From assembly GCF_039595395.1 (NCBI RefSeq), contig NZ_JBCNLP010000001.1, forward strand, positions 577,823 through 641,822: a stretch of DNA of 64,000 nucleotides. Direction: 5' to 3'. This DNA is from Novosphingobium sp. (GTDB taxonomy: Bacteria; Pseudomonadota; Alphaproteobacteria; Sphingomonadales; Sphingomonadaceae). Each line of letters starts with the position of its first letter. The first letter of the stretch is position 1. Of the stretch, positions 1-11,419 are shown piece by piece. Under the pieces are notes generated by a model. It did not search any database. It was not told where the DNA came from and saw only the letters and a program-made list of their open reading frames with translations. The translations under genes were made by a program, and so were the position numbers.

Positions 1-558
1 GAGGGCGAGGCCAAGCTGGCCGAAGCCCGCGCCGCTCTGGCCGAGGCGCAGACGGCGGTGGCCGAAGCGAAGAACGCCCGCGATGTGGCGGCGCTGAATC
101 TGGAGCGGACCCGTGTGGTGGCGCCGCTGGATGGCCGCCTGTCGGACCTCTCGCTGCGTCCCGGCAACTATGTGGCGCCGGGCAAGCCGGTGCTGGCGTT
201 GGTGGACACCGGCTCGCTGCGCATCGAGGGCTATTTCGAGGAAACCAAGCTGCCTCAGGTCCATATCGGCCAGCGCGCCACGGTGCGCCTGATGGGCGAG
301 AGCCGGACGCTGACCGGCCATGTCACCTCCATCGCCTCGGCCATCGAGGATCATGATCGCTCGGCCAGCCCCAATGGCCTGCCCGCGATCAACCCCAACT
401 TCAGTTGGGTGCGTCTGGCGCAGCGCGTGCCGGTGCGTATCGCGCTGGACAATCCGCCCGCCGATGTCGCGCTGATCTCGGGCCGCACCGCCACGGTGAC
501 GCTGGATCAGGGCAGCAAGAAGCAGCAGCAAGGGCAGCAGCCGGAGCAGCACCAGTGA
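1..558 (+). CDS. HlyD-family efflux membrane fusion (periplasmic adaptor) protein, C-terminal part; 5-prime end lies outside the window
   Basis: Frame 1 is open from base 1. The translation (LERTRVVAPLDGRLSDLSLRPGNYV...LRIEGYFEETKL...VTSIA) matches the EmrA/HlyD beta-barrel and C-terminal region. Its stop overlaps the next gene's start (GTGA at 555-558). Confidence 0.85.
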   Translation, partial: EGEAKLAEARAALAEAQTAVAEAKNARDVAALNLERTRVVAPLDGRLSDLSLRPGNYVAPGKPVLALVDTGSLRIEGYFEETKLPQVHIGQRATVRLMGESRTLTGHVTSIASAIEDHDRSASPNGLPAINPNFSWVRLAQRVPVRIALDNPPADVALISGRTATVTLDQGSKKQQQGQQPEQHQ

Positions 559-1961
559 GGCGTCTGTTTTCCGGGGTTGCTCTTCTGGCGCTGGCGGGCT
601 GCGGCGTGCCGCCCCATGTCGCGCAGAAGCCGGTGATCGAGAATCCGGCGACTCAGGGCGCCTTCCGCGAGGGCGATGCCCTGCAGCAGACCGGCGCTGT
701 CTCGCGCGACGATCTGCCCGCCCGCTGGTGGCACCTCTATGACGATCCGGTGCTCGATACGCTGGAGGAACAGGCGCTCGCCGCCAACATCGACCTGCGT
801 GTGGCCCAGGCCAGCCTGACCCGCGCCCGCGCCGTCTCCGCCGCCGCCGAGGGCCAGCGCGAACCCGATTTCGCCGCCAGCTTCGGCGTGCAGCGCGCGC
901 GCCTCTCGGGCGAATCCTATCTGCTGGAAGAGCCCATCCCGGTGGCGACGCTGGGCACGGCCTCGGCCTCCATGTCCTATCAGATCGACCTGTTCGGGCG
1001 CATCAAGCACAGCATCGAAGCCGCCCGCGCCGATGAAGAGGCCACCGAGGCAACGATTGGCGCGGTGAAGGTGACTCTGGCCGCGGATGTGGCCCGCGCC
1101 TACATCACCATCTGCGGCGCCAATGAGGACCGCGAGCTGGCCGAACAGGCGCTTGAGCTGCAAGGCCACGCGCTGGATGTCGCCAGGCGCCTGCAGGCCG
1201 CCGGGCGCACCTCCACGGTGGAGGTGACCGCTGCGGAAGGCCGCTATGAGCAATTGCGCGCCCTTGTACCCGTGCAGAAGGCGCGCGCGCAGGCTGCGCT
1301 CTATCGGCTGGCCTATCTGATGGGCCGCACGCCCACCGAATATCCGCGCGAAGCTGAAAGCTGCAACGCCATCCCGCAGCTCAAGAACCCGCTGCCCGTC
1401 GGTGATGGCGCTGCCCTGCTGCGCCGCCGCCCCGACGTCCGCATGGCCGAGCGCCATCTGGCAGGCGCCACAGCGCGCATCGGTGTGGCGACGGCGGAAT
1501 TGTACCCCAGCGTGGGGATCGGCCTCTCGGGCGGCTCGCTGGGCTTCCTGAAGGATCTGGGGCAGGCCGCCGCCAACATGTGGAGCGCGGGCGGCCTGAT
1601 CCGCTGGAACATCCCCAATGCGGCGTCGCGCGCGAAGGTGCGCGCGGCAGGCGCCGATGCCGATGCCGCTCTGGCGAGGTTCGATGGCGTGGTGCTGGGC
1701 GCCCTGCGTGAGACCGAGACGGCGCTCAACGCCTATGCGCAGGACCGCGACCGCACCGTGGCCATCGTGGCCGCGCGCGAGGCGGCGGACAAGGCCGCCG
1801 ATGAGGCGCGGCGTCTGCGGGCGGCGGGGCGTTCGCCGCTGCTGGCGGATATCGGCGGGCGTCAGGGGGCTCTGGGCGCGAAGGCTTCGGAGCTCAGCGC
1901 GCGTGAGGGGCTGGCTCACGATCAGGTGTCGCTGTTTCTGGCGTTGGGTGGGGGTTGGTAA
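555..1961 (+). CDS. Efflux outer-membrane factor lipoprotein, NodT family
   Basis: GTG at 555 gives VRRLFSGVALLALAGCG, a signal peptide with an LAGC lipobox. The rest resembles the OMF/NodT family. It is translationally coupled to the upstream adaptor gene. The ORF-track start at 405 is probably too far upstream. Confidence 0.85.
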   Translation: MRRLFSGVALLALAGCGVPPHVAQKPVIENPATQGAFREGDALQQTGAVSRDDLPARWWHLYDDPVLDTLEEQALAANIDLRVAQASLTRARAVSAAAEGQREPDFAASFGVQRARLSGESYLLEEPIPVATLGTASASMSYQIDLFGRIKHSIEAARADEEATEATIGAVKVTLAADVARAYITICGANEDRELAEQALELQGHALDVARRLQAAGRTSTVEVTAAEGRYEQLRALVPVQKARAQAALYRLAYLMGRTPTEYPREAESCNAIPQLKNPLPVGDGAALLRRRPDVRMAERHLAGATARIGVATAELYPSVGIGLSGGSLGFLKDLGQAAANMWSAGGLIRWNIPNAASRAKVRAAGADADAALARFDGVVLGALRETETALNAYAQDRDRTVAIVAAREAADKAADEARRLRAAGRSPLLADIGGRQGALGAKASELSAREGLAHDQVSLFLALGGGW

Positions 1962-1971
1962 AGGGGTTTTA

Positions 1972-2214
1972 GAAGAGGAAATGCGAGGGCCATCGCCCTC
2001 GCGCTCCCTTTAATGTCTACGTCGCGCACCGGGTTCGGCCTTGCGCTTAGCTTGCCGCGCCGCAGGCTTTAAACGAGAAAAAGGCGCCGAGGCATTCCTG
2101 CCTGCGGCGCCTTTTCGTGCCCGTGGAAAGGTTGCGCAACCGTTGGATGCCACCAACCTTCGTGTCGGAAGACGTCATGGGAGCGCGAGGGGGTAACCCC
2201 CTCGCACCTTCCCT
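1972..2214 (+). repeat. Family-1 intergenic element, copy 1 (full length, forward)
   Basis: Left hairpin GCGAGGGC-catc-GCCCTCGC at 1983-2002 and right hairpin GCGAGGGGGT-ta-ACCCCCTCGC at 2185-2205. Conserved core motifs are TAATGTCTAC, GGGTTCGGCC, GCCGCGCCGCAGGC and GGCGCCG..CTGCCTGCGGCGCC+TTTT. It fills the gap between the convergent NodT-family gene and ppdK. Confidence 0.9.
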
Positions 2215-2217
2215 TTT

Positions 2218-4890
<2,673 letters not shown>

Positions 4891-5069
4891 GCTGTCCTCT
4901 GCAAACGGTGCGCGCCCAAGGGGCCACAGGTCTGATCGTGCCTTAGGGGGAATGCCCTTAACCCGACAAGTCACGGCTTGTGCAGTTGTGCAGCTGCACA
5001 CAGGGTTTTTGTGCAGTCGCTGCGGTGAGCAGTTGGGAAGGCGGGGTGAGGGGAGTTTTTAGGGGCAGA

Positions 5070-5312
5070 AAAAGAAAGATGCGAGGGTGTTACACCCTCG
5101 CGCTCCCATGAATGTCTACGTTGCGCCACGGGTTCGGCCTTGCGCAAAGTTTGCCGCGCCGCAGGCCTTTAAACGCGAAAAGGCGCCGGGGCATCACTGC
5201 CTGCGGCGCCTTATCTTGTGCTGGTGGAGAGGTTGGGCGTCACGATAGGGAGCCACTGCCGCTGCGTCGGAAGACGTTATGGGAGCGCGAGGGGGTAACC
5301 CCCTCGCACTTA
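5070..5312 (+). repeat. Family-1 intergenic element, copy 2 (full length, forward)
   Basis: Same architecture as copy 1, but the left hairpin allele is GCGAGGGTG-tta-CACCCTCGC. It lies between the dnaA stop (5320-5322) and the ppdK start. Confidence 0.9.
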
Positions 5313-5319
5313 TTCTTCT

Positions 5320-6840
5320 TCAGCTTTCCAGCTGCCTCAACAGCGACCGCACATCCCCATCCATATCGGCGTCCCGCGTGCGCAGATCCTCGATCAGGCG
5401 CACGGCGTGGATCACCGTCGAGTGGTCACGCCCGCCGAACTTGCGCCCGATCTCGGGATAGGAACGCGGCGTCAGCACCTTCGACAGATACATTGCCACC
5501 TGACGCGGCCGCACCACGGCGCGCGCGCGGCGCTTCGACGACATCTCGGTGCGGTCCACGCGGTAGAACTGGCAGACGGTGCGCTGGATCTCGTCGATGG
5601 TGATGCGCTTGCGGTTGGCCGACAGGATGTCCGTCAACTGGTCCTCGGCCAGCGCCAGAGACACGGGCTGGCCGGTCAGCTGGGCATAGGCGATCAGCTT
5701 GTTGAGGCCGCCGACCAGCTCGCGCACATTGCGGTTGATGGTGCGGGCCAGGAACTCGATCACATCGGCAGGAACCGCCGTGGGCGAGGCAAAACGCGCC
5801 AGACGGTGCTCGAGGATCGAGCGGCGCAGCTCGATGTCGGCGGGCTGGATATCGGCCACCAGACCCATCGACAGGCGCGAGAGCAGGCGCTGCTCCACGC
5901 CGTCCAGCGCCTGGGGCGCGCGGTCGGCGGCGAACACCAGACGCTTGCCTTCGCCCAGCAGCGAGTCGATCGTGTAGAGCAATTCCTCCTGCGCCGAGGC
6001 CTTGCCGATGATGAACTGGATATCGTCCACCAGCAGCAGGTCGAAGCCGCGCAGGCGGGCCTTGAACTCGATGGTCTGGTTCGAGCGGAGAGCCTGCACG
6101 AACTCGACCATGAAGCGCTCGGCGCTGCAGTAGAAGATGCGGGCGCGCGGATGGTTGGCCAGGAAGGCGTGGCCGATGGCGTGCATCAGATGGGTCTTGC
6201 CCTGACCCGTCGCGGCCTTGAGGTACAGGGGCGAGAACTGGGGCTGTTCCAGCGCGGCCATGCGCTGGGCGGCATTGGCGGCCAGCACGTTGGAGGTGCC
6301 GGTGACATAGGTCGCGAAGGTCAGCGAGGGGTCGAGGCCGATCGAGGCCATGCCCAGCGTATCGGTGACCACGCTGGCCACCTCGCCCACCGACAGGCTG
6401 GAGGCGCGGGGGGCGGGCGTGTCATTGGCGGGGCGTGCGGCGGTGTCGCGGGTCAGGCGCAGCTCGGGCATGGCGCGGCGGCCCGGATGCACCGAGATGC
6501 GCACATGGCGCACGTCACGCGTGATCTTCCAGGCCAGCGTCAGGCGGTCCGAATAGCGGTCGGCCACCCAGTTGGCGGAAAATTCGGTGGGCAGATACAG
6601 GTCGAGCGTGCCGGTTTCCTTGCAGAAGCCGCCCAGCTGGATCGGACGGATCCACTGGTTGAAGAGCTGCTGTCCCAGATCCTTGCGCAGGCCCTGGCTG
6701 ATATCGGCCCAGTCGGCGGCGAGATCGATCGCCTCCTGATCCTGCGCGCTGTCCGGGGCGGCCTTGCTCTTGCCGGCCGTTTCGGCGCGTCGTCCACCCC
6801 ACACCGTTCCTGTCACGCGTTGATACTCCCGATCCGTCAT
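5320..6840 (-). CDS. dnaA: Chromosomal replication initiator protein DnaA
   Basis: 506 aa. It has the AAA+ Walker A motif (GQGKTHLMHAIG), box VII, and a C-terminal DNA-binding helix (VAMYLSKVLTPRSYPEIGRKFGGRDHSTVIHAV). Confidence 0.97.
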   Translation of the reverse strand: MTDREYQRVTGTVWGGRRAETAGKSKAAPDSAQDQEAIDLAADWADISQGLRKDLGQQLFNQWIRPIQLGGFCKETGTLDLYLPTEFSANWVADRYSDRLTLAWKITRDVRHVRISVHPGRRAMPELRLTRDTAARPANDTPAPRASSLSVGEVASVVTDTLGMASIGLDPSLTFATYVTGTSNVLAANAAQRMAALEQPQFSPLYLKAATGQGKTHLMHAIGHAFLANHPRARIFYCSAERFMVEFVQALRSNQTIEFKARLRGFDLLLVDDIQFIIGKASAQEELLYTIDSLLGEGKRLVFAADRAPQALDGVEQRLLSRLSMGLVADIQPADIELRRSILEHRLARFASPTAVPADVIEFLARTINRNVRELVGGLNKLIAYAQLTGQPVSLALAEDQLTDILSANRKRITIDEIQRTVCQFYRVDRTEMSSKRRARAVVRPRQVAMYLSKVLTPRSYPEIGRKFGGRDHSTVIHAVRLIEDLRTRDADMDGDVRSLLRQLES

Positions 6841-7095
6841 TGCCTGTAAAAATGCCTGCTACAAACCTGACCAGCTACCAACCACGCCGCACATCAGCGC
6901 CCGAAGCGCTGGTTGACGCGGCCACGACACATTAAACCACACATCACACACGGTCGCGGGCCTGCCTGCCCCGTCCATAAGGGACGGGGGAAAAAGCATG
7001 CCTGCGCGATCCGCTTCCCTCACCTGTGATGCCCACGACGCATTCAGGCACAGCTTCTTCGCTGGCCCGAACCACCCACGGCACGGACATCCGGT

Positions 7096-7324
7096 GAGTC
7101 ATTTTTCCATGAAGCCCCGAGCAGGATGTGTCCGGGGCAGAAGGGTTTCTATGGACGACTCTGGGGGCAGAGCAAGGGGGCTCCCTGCAAAAATTTTGAA
7201 ATAAACCACCTTGACAGTGATGCAGCGGGAGAAAACCGTCGAGACGAATAATCACCTGATTATTAACAAGAAAATGCAGATGAATTTCATGAGGTTTTCA
7301 CGAATCGGCGCATTTCCACGATTC
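7096..7324. promoter_or_regulatory. Cluster of four GANTC (CcrM-type methylation) sites in the dnaA upstream region
   Basis: GAGTC at 7096, GACTC at 7157, GAATC at 7302 and GATTC at 7320. Two more lie at 7442 and 7455 in the rpsT 3-prime region. The stretch is AT-richer than its surroundings and sits 256-484 nt upstream of the dnaA ATG. Confidence 0.4.
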
Positions 7325-7360
7325 GTTGCAGTTCGCTGACAATTGGTTTGCGCGGGCACG

Positions 7361-7390
7361 AAAAAACCGGCGGGGGAAACCCCACCGGTT
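7361..7390 (-). terminator. Rho-independent terminator downstream of rpsT
   Basis: The minus strand reads AACCGGTGGGG-tttc-CCCCGCCGGTT followed by TTTTTCG. Confidence 0.8.
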
Positions 7391-7482
7391 AATCCTCGTC
7401 ACAATACTTAAACAATCGCTGCTTTTTCGGTCACCATCGGCGAATCGTTTTAGCGACTCGAGAGCAACCGGCAGCCGATTGA

Positions 7483-7743
7483 TTACAGCGCCGCGACAGC
7501 CTTGGTCAGGCGCGACAGCTTGCGGCTGGCGGTGTTCTTGTGCATCACGCCGCGGGCAACACCACGGGCCAGCTCGGGCTGGGCGGCGTGCAGGGCTTCG
7601 GCGGCGGCGGTCTTGTCACCACCGGCGATGGCGCTCTCGACCTTCTTCACGAAGGTGCGGATGCGCGACACGCGGGCACCATTGATCTCTGCGCGCTTCT
7701 CGTTGCGACGGAGACGCTTGCGGGCTTGCGGCGTATTGGCCAT
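7483..7743 (-). CDS. rpsT: 30S ribosomal protein S20
   Basis: [34 protein letters not shown]... is a typical S20. The ATG is at 7743, and the ORF-track start at 7755 is 4 codons too long. The rpsT-dnaA order matches other alphaproteobacteria. Confidence 0.93.
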   Translation of the reverse strand: MANTPQARKRLRRNEKRAEINGARVSRIRTFVKKVESAIAGGDKTAAAEALHAAQPELARGVARGVMHKNTASRKLSRLTKAVAAL

Positions 7744-7892
7744 GTCTATCCTCAAACTGGCCGAAAGCGGCCGAAAATGCTGCTGAAACCTGATACAGGC
7801 AGACCCGCGCCACAGGCACAGGTCACCTTGAAGGCAGCGCCCTTAGCGAGGGTGTTGCGAATCGTCAAGCACTGAGCGCCATAACAATGGGC

Positions 7893-8729
7893 TTAACGCT
7901 GGCACACCGGGCACCAGAAGGTGGAGCGTCCACCCTGCGTAACCCGCGCAATCGTGCCCTTGCAGCCCGGCGCGAGGCAGGCCTGACCCTCCCGCCCATA
8001 GACGCGCCAGTTGGCCGCGAAATAGCCCAGCTCGCCATTGGGCTGGGCATAGTCGCGGATCGTCGAGCCGCCTGCCAGAATGGATTCGCTCAGCACATCG
8101 CGGATCGCGGGCACCAGCCTTGTCAGCTCCGCCTTCTTGATCGAGCCCCCGCTGCGCAGCGGGCTGATATGCGCGCGATGCAGCGCCTCGCAGACGTAGA
8201 TGTTGCCCAGCCCCGCCACGATCCCCTGATCGAGCAGCAGCAGCTTCACCGGCCCGATACGCCCCTTGAAGGCTGCCGCCAGATGGGCAACGCTGAGCCC
8301 ATCGCCCAAAGGCTCAGGCCCCAGGGCGGCAAAGGCAGGCCACAGATCCAGCGCCGTGCTGGCCACCAGATCCACCGAGCCAAACCGCCGCGCATCGTTG
8401 AGCGCCAGCATGGCGGCGGGCAGGGGGCCTTCGGCCTGCGTGTGCAGCACCAGATGGTCGTGCTTTTCCAGCGCATCGGGCTCGATCCGCCAGCGGCCCG
8501 ACATGCCCAGATGAAACACCATCGCCACATCGCGGTCCGTATGCAGCACGCCATATTTCGCGCGCCTTGTGAGATCGATGATCCGCGCCCCGGTCAGCGT
8601 CTGCACCAGTTCGGGCGGGAAGGGGCGGCGCAGGCCCTCGCGGCGGACCTCGATGCGCTCGATCCGGCGGTTGTGAAGGTAACCCGTCAGGCCGCGGATC
8701 GTGGTTTCGACTTCTGGAAGTTCTGGCAT
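7893..8729 (-). CDS. mutM: Formamidopyrimidine-DNA glycosylase
   Basis: The N-terminus is MPELPEVETT and the C-terminal zinc finger is CPVCQR. 278 aa. Confidence 0.95.
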   Translation of the reverse strand: MPELPEVETTIRGLTGYLHNRRIERIEVRREGLRRPFPPELVQTLTGARIIDLTRRAKYGVLHTDRDVAMVFHLGMSGRWRIEPDALEKHDHLVLHTQAEGPLPAAMLALNDARRFGSVDLVASTALDLWPAFAALGPEPLGDGLSVAHLAAAFKGRIGPVKLLLLDQGIVAGLGNIYVCEALHRAHISPLRSGGSIKKAELTRLVPAIRDVLSESILAGGSTIRDYAQPNGELGYFAANWRVYGREGQACLAPGCKGTIARVTQGGRSTFWCPVCQR

Positions 8730-8750
8730 TCAGGTGATGTAAGGGGGATG

Positions 8751-9004
8751 AGAAGGAAAGAGAAGATGCGAGGGCCATCGCCCTCGCGCTCCCTTTAATG
8801 TCTACGGCGCGCCACGGGTTCGGCCTTGCGCCCAGTTTGCCGCGCCGCAGGCAGGAAAACGGAGCCGATCGCCGAACTTTCCTGCCTGCGGCGCCTTATG
8901 TGGTGCAGGTGGAGAGTTTGAGCATAACGACGCGGCGCCACTAACCTTGCGTCGGAAGACGTTCCGGGAGCGCGAGGGGGTAACCCCCTCGCATCTTCCT
9001 TTTA
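8751..9004 (+). repeat. Family-1 intergenic element, copy 3 (full length, forward)
   Basis: Both terminal hairpins are present. The central module forms a single long hairpin, GCGCCGCAGGCAGGAAA...TTTCCTGCCTGCGGCGC. It lies between divergent mutM and ubiE. Confidence 0.9.
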
Positions 9005-9069
9005 TCTTTCGTCCATCATGCCTCATCCGCCCCTTTGCCTAACCCATCAAATTCCCTAAAGCGCACGCC

Positions 9070-9822
9070 ATGACCGACAGCACGCAAGACCAGCCCCAGA
9101 CCGCTTCCTTCGGCTATGAGGAGGTGCCCATTGACGAGAAGGTGGCCCGCGTGGGCCAGGTCTTCTCGAGCGTGGCGAAGAAGTACGACATCATGAACGA
9201 TGCGATGTCGGCGGGTCTGCACCGGGTTTGGAAGGATCGTTTCGTGCGCGCGGTAAAGCCGCAGCCCCATGAGCAGATCCTCGATATGGCGGGCGGCACG
9301 GGCGACATTGCCTTCCGCATGGCGGCGCGCGGCGCCAGCATTACGGTGTCCGACATCAATCAGGACATGCTCGATGTCGGGCTGGAGCGCGCGGTGGAGC
9401 GGGGCATCGACGGCCTCGTCTGGAGCCGCCAGAACGCCGAGGAACTGAGCTTCCCCAACCGCCATTTCGACGCCTACACGATCGCTTTCGGTATCCGCAA
9501 CGTCACGCGGATCGACAAGGCGCTGGCCGAGGCGCATCGCGTGCTGCGCTACGGCGGCCGCTTCTTCTGCCTTGAATTCTCGACCACCGAATGGCCGGGC
9601 TTCAAGGAGGTGTATGACGCCTATTCGCACAAGCTGGTGCCGCAGATCGGGCAGATGATCGCGGGCGATGCCGAGAGCTATCGCTATCTGATCGAATCGA
9701 TCCGCCGCTTCCCGCCCATGCCCGAGTTCGAGAAGATGATCCGCGATGCGGGCTTCACCCAGACCAAGGTCGAGCCGATTCTGGGTGGTCTGGTGGCGAT
9801 CCATTCGGGCTGGAAGGCCTGA
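9070..9822 (+). CDS. ubiE: Ubiquinone/menaquinone biosynthesis C-methyltransferase UbiE
   Basis: Carries the VFSSVAKKYDIMNDAMSAGLHRVWK motif and the SAM-binding motif LDMAGGTGDIA. Confidence 0.93.
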   Translation: MTDSTQDQPQTASFGYEEVPIDEKVARVGQVFSSVAKKYDIMNDAMSAGLHRVWKDRFVRAVKPQPHEQILDMAGGTGDIAFRMAARGASITVSDINQDMLDVGLERAVERGIDGLVWSRQNAEELSFPNRHFDAYTIAFGIRNVTRIDKALAEAHRVLRYGGRFFCLEFSTTEWPGFKEVYDAYSHKLVPQIGQMIAGDAESYRYLIESIRRFPPMPEFEKMIRDAGFTQTKVEPILGGLVAIHSGWKA

Positions 9823-9824
9823 AC

Positions 9825-11372
9825 TTGACCTCTTCGATCACGCATATCGGGCGCCTGCTCAGCTGGGGCCGCATTCTGGCCCGCCACGGCGCGCTCAAGA
9901 TCATCGAGGACGCACCCGCCACTCCCGGCCCGGTCAAGCGCCTGTGCCGCATTGCGCGCTTTGGGGCGCGCGTGCCGGAGGTGCCCGATTACGCCGGCGC
10001 CTTCCGCGCCATCGGCCCGGCGGCGATCAAGCTGGGCCAGACTTTGGCCACCCGCCCCGATCTGGTGGGCGACGAGGCCGCGCACAACCTGCTGGCTTTG
10101 CAGGACAGCCTGCCGCCCGTGCCCTTCCCGGCCATCCGCGCCGAGATCGAGGGCGCCTTCGCCCGCCCGCTGGAGGACCTCTACGCCCGCGTTGAGGAGG
10201 AGCCGGTCGGCGCTGCCTCCATCGCGCAGGTGCATCGCGCGTGGCTGCATGATGGCAGTCAGGTGGCGGTCAAGGTGCTGCGCCCCGGCATCGCCCGCAA
10301 ATTCGCCCGCGATATCGAGACCTACGAGTGGGCCGCCGCTCATCTGGAGGCTCTGGGCGGCGAGGCGGGGCGCCTGCGCCCGCGCCTGATCATCGCCAAT
10401 TTCCGCCGCTGGACCGCGCGCGAACTCGACCTGCGCCGCGAGGCCGCTTCGTCGAGCGAGCTGGCCGATGTCATGTCGGGCGTGGAGCATTACCGCGTCC
10501 CCACCATCGACTGGGAGCGCACCTGCGGCCGCGTGCTGACGATGGAATGGATCGACGGCGACAAGGTCAGCGATCTGCCTGCCCTGCGCGCGGCGGGCCA
10601 TGATCTGAAGTCGCTGGCGCGGCGTCTGGTGCTGGCCTTCCTCACGCAGGCGATCCACGCCGGCTATTTCCATGCTGACATGCATCAGGGCAATCTGTTC
10701 ATCGAGGCGGACGGCACCATCGCCGCCATCGATTTCGGCATCATGGGCCGCATCAACCGTCAGGCCCGCATCTGGCTGGGCGAGATTCTGCATGGCCTGA
10801 CCACCGGCAATTACCGCCGCGTCGCCGAAATCCATTTCGAGGCGCAATATGTGCCCTCCTACCACTCGGTGGATGAGTTCGCGACCGCCCTGCGCGCCGT
10901 GGGCGAGCCGATGCGTGGTCGCCCGGTGAAGGATCTCTCGGTCGGGCAGATGCTCGACGGGCTTTTCGCCATCACCCGCGATTTCGATATGGTCACCCAG
11001 CCGCATCTGCTGCTGTTGCAGAAGACCATGGTGATGGTGGAGGGGCTGGCCACCAGCCTCGACCCCGACATCAACATGTGGGACGTCTCGGGCCCCTTCG
11101 TTTCGGCCTGGATGCGCGACGAGCTTGGCCCCGAGGGCGCCATCGCCGATCGCGTGCAGGGCGCGGTGAAGGCCATCCAGCGCCTGCCCGATGTGCTGGC
11201 GCGGCTCGAATCGATGGTGCCCACCAAGGGCGCCGCCCCCGAACCGCCGCCACTGCCCGAGATTTCGCTGATGTGGAGCAATGGTAAACGCAATTTTATC
11301 CATTTCGCCGGATATGTAGCCGCTGCTTTGGCGGGAGGTCTGGCGACTTGGGGCGTGATGGCGCATATCTGA
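9825..11372 (+). CDS. ubiB: Ubiquinone biosynthesis regulatory kinase-like protein UbiB (ABC1 family)
   Basis: TTG start 2 nt after the ubiE stop. ABC1 kinase-like motifs are present (AASIAQVHRA, VKVLRPG, HADMHQGNLF) and there is a C-terminal TM segment. Confidence 0.9.
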   Translation: MTSSITHIGRLLSWGRILARHGALKIIEDAPATPGPVKRLCRIARFGARVPEVPDYAGAFRAIGPAAIKLGQTLATRPDLVGDEAAHNLLALQDSLPPVPFPAIRAEIEGAFARPLEDLYARVEEEPVGAASIAQVHRAWLHDGSQVAVKVLRPGIARKFARDIETYEWAAAHLEALGGEAGRLRPRLIIANFRRWTARELDLRREAASSSELADVMSGVEHYRVPTIDWERTCGRVLTMEWIDGDKVSDLPALRAAGHDLKSLARRLVLAFLTQAIHAGYFHADMHQGNLFIEADGTIAAIDFGIMGRINRQARIWLGEILHGLTTGNYRRVAEIHFEAQYVPSYHSVDEFATALRAVGEPMRGRPVKDLSVGQMLDGLFAITRDFDMVTQPHLLLLQKTMVMVEGLATSLDPDINMWDVSGPFVSAWMRDELGPEGAIADRVQGAVKAIQRLPDVLARLESMVPTKGAAPEPPPLPEISLMWSNGKRNFIHFAGYVAAALAGGLATWGVMAHI

Positions 11373-11419
11373 CACAGGCTGAGGCAGGGCTGCCCACGCG
11401 CCCTGCCGCGCCCTTTGCC

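Noticed and set aside
1981-2013. Ten-codon mini-ORFs across the terminal hairpins of the family-1 element. Examples are ATG..TAA at 1981-2013 (MRGPSPSRSL) and 12548-12580 (MRGGYPLALP), each with a purine-rich stretch just upstream.
   Set aside because: The hairpin alleles differ in loop length, so the frame and the peptide are not conserved between copies. The substitutions preserve base pairing rather than amino acids. The ATG sits too close to the purine run for a normal Shine-Dalgarno spacing.
6841-7482. Possible chromosomal replication origin next to dnaA.
   Set aside because: There is no array of good DnaA boxes, since the best matches to TTATCCACA are only 6-7 of 9. There is no obvious AT-rich unwinding repeat set. 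In alphaproteobacteria the origin is typically near hemE rather than dnaA. The region is better explained as the rpsT terminator plus the dnaA promoter and leader.
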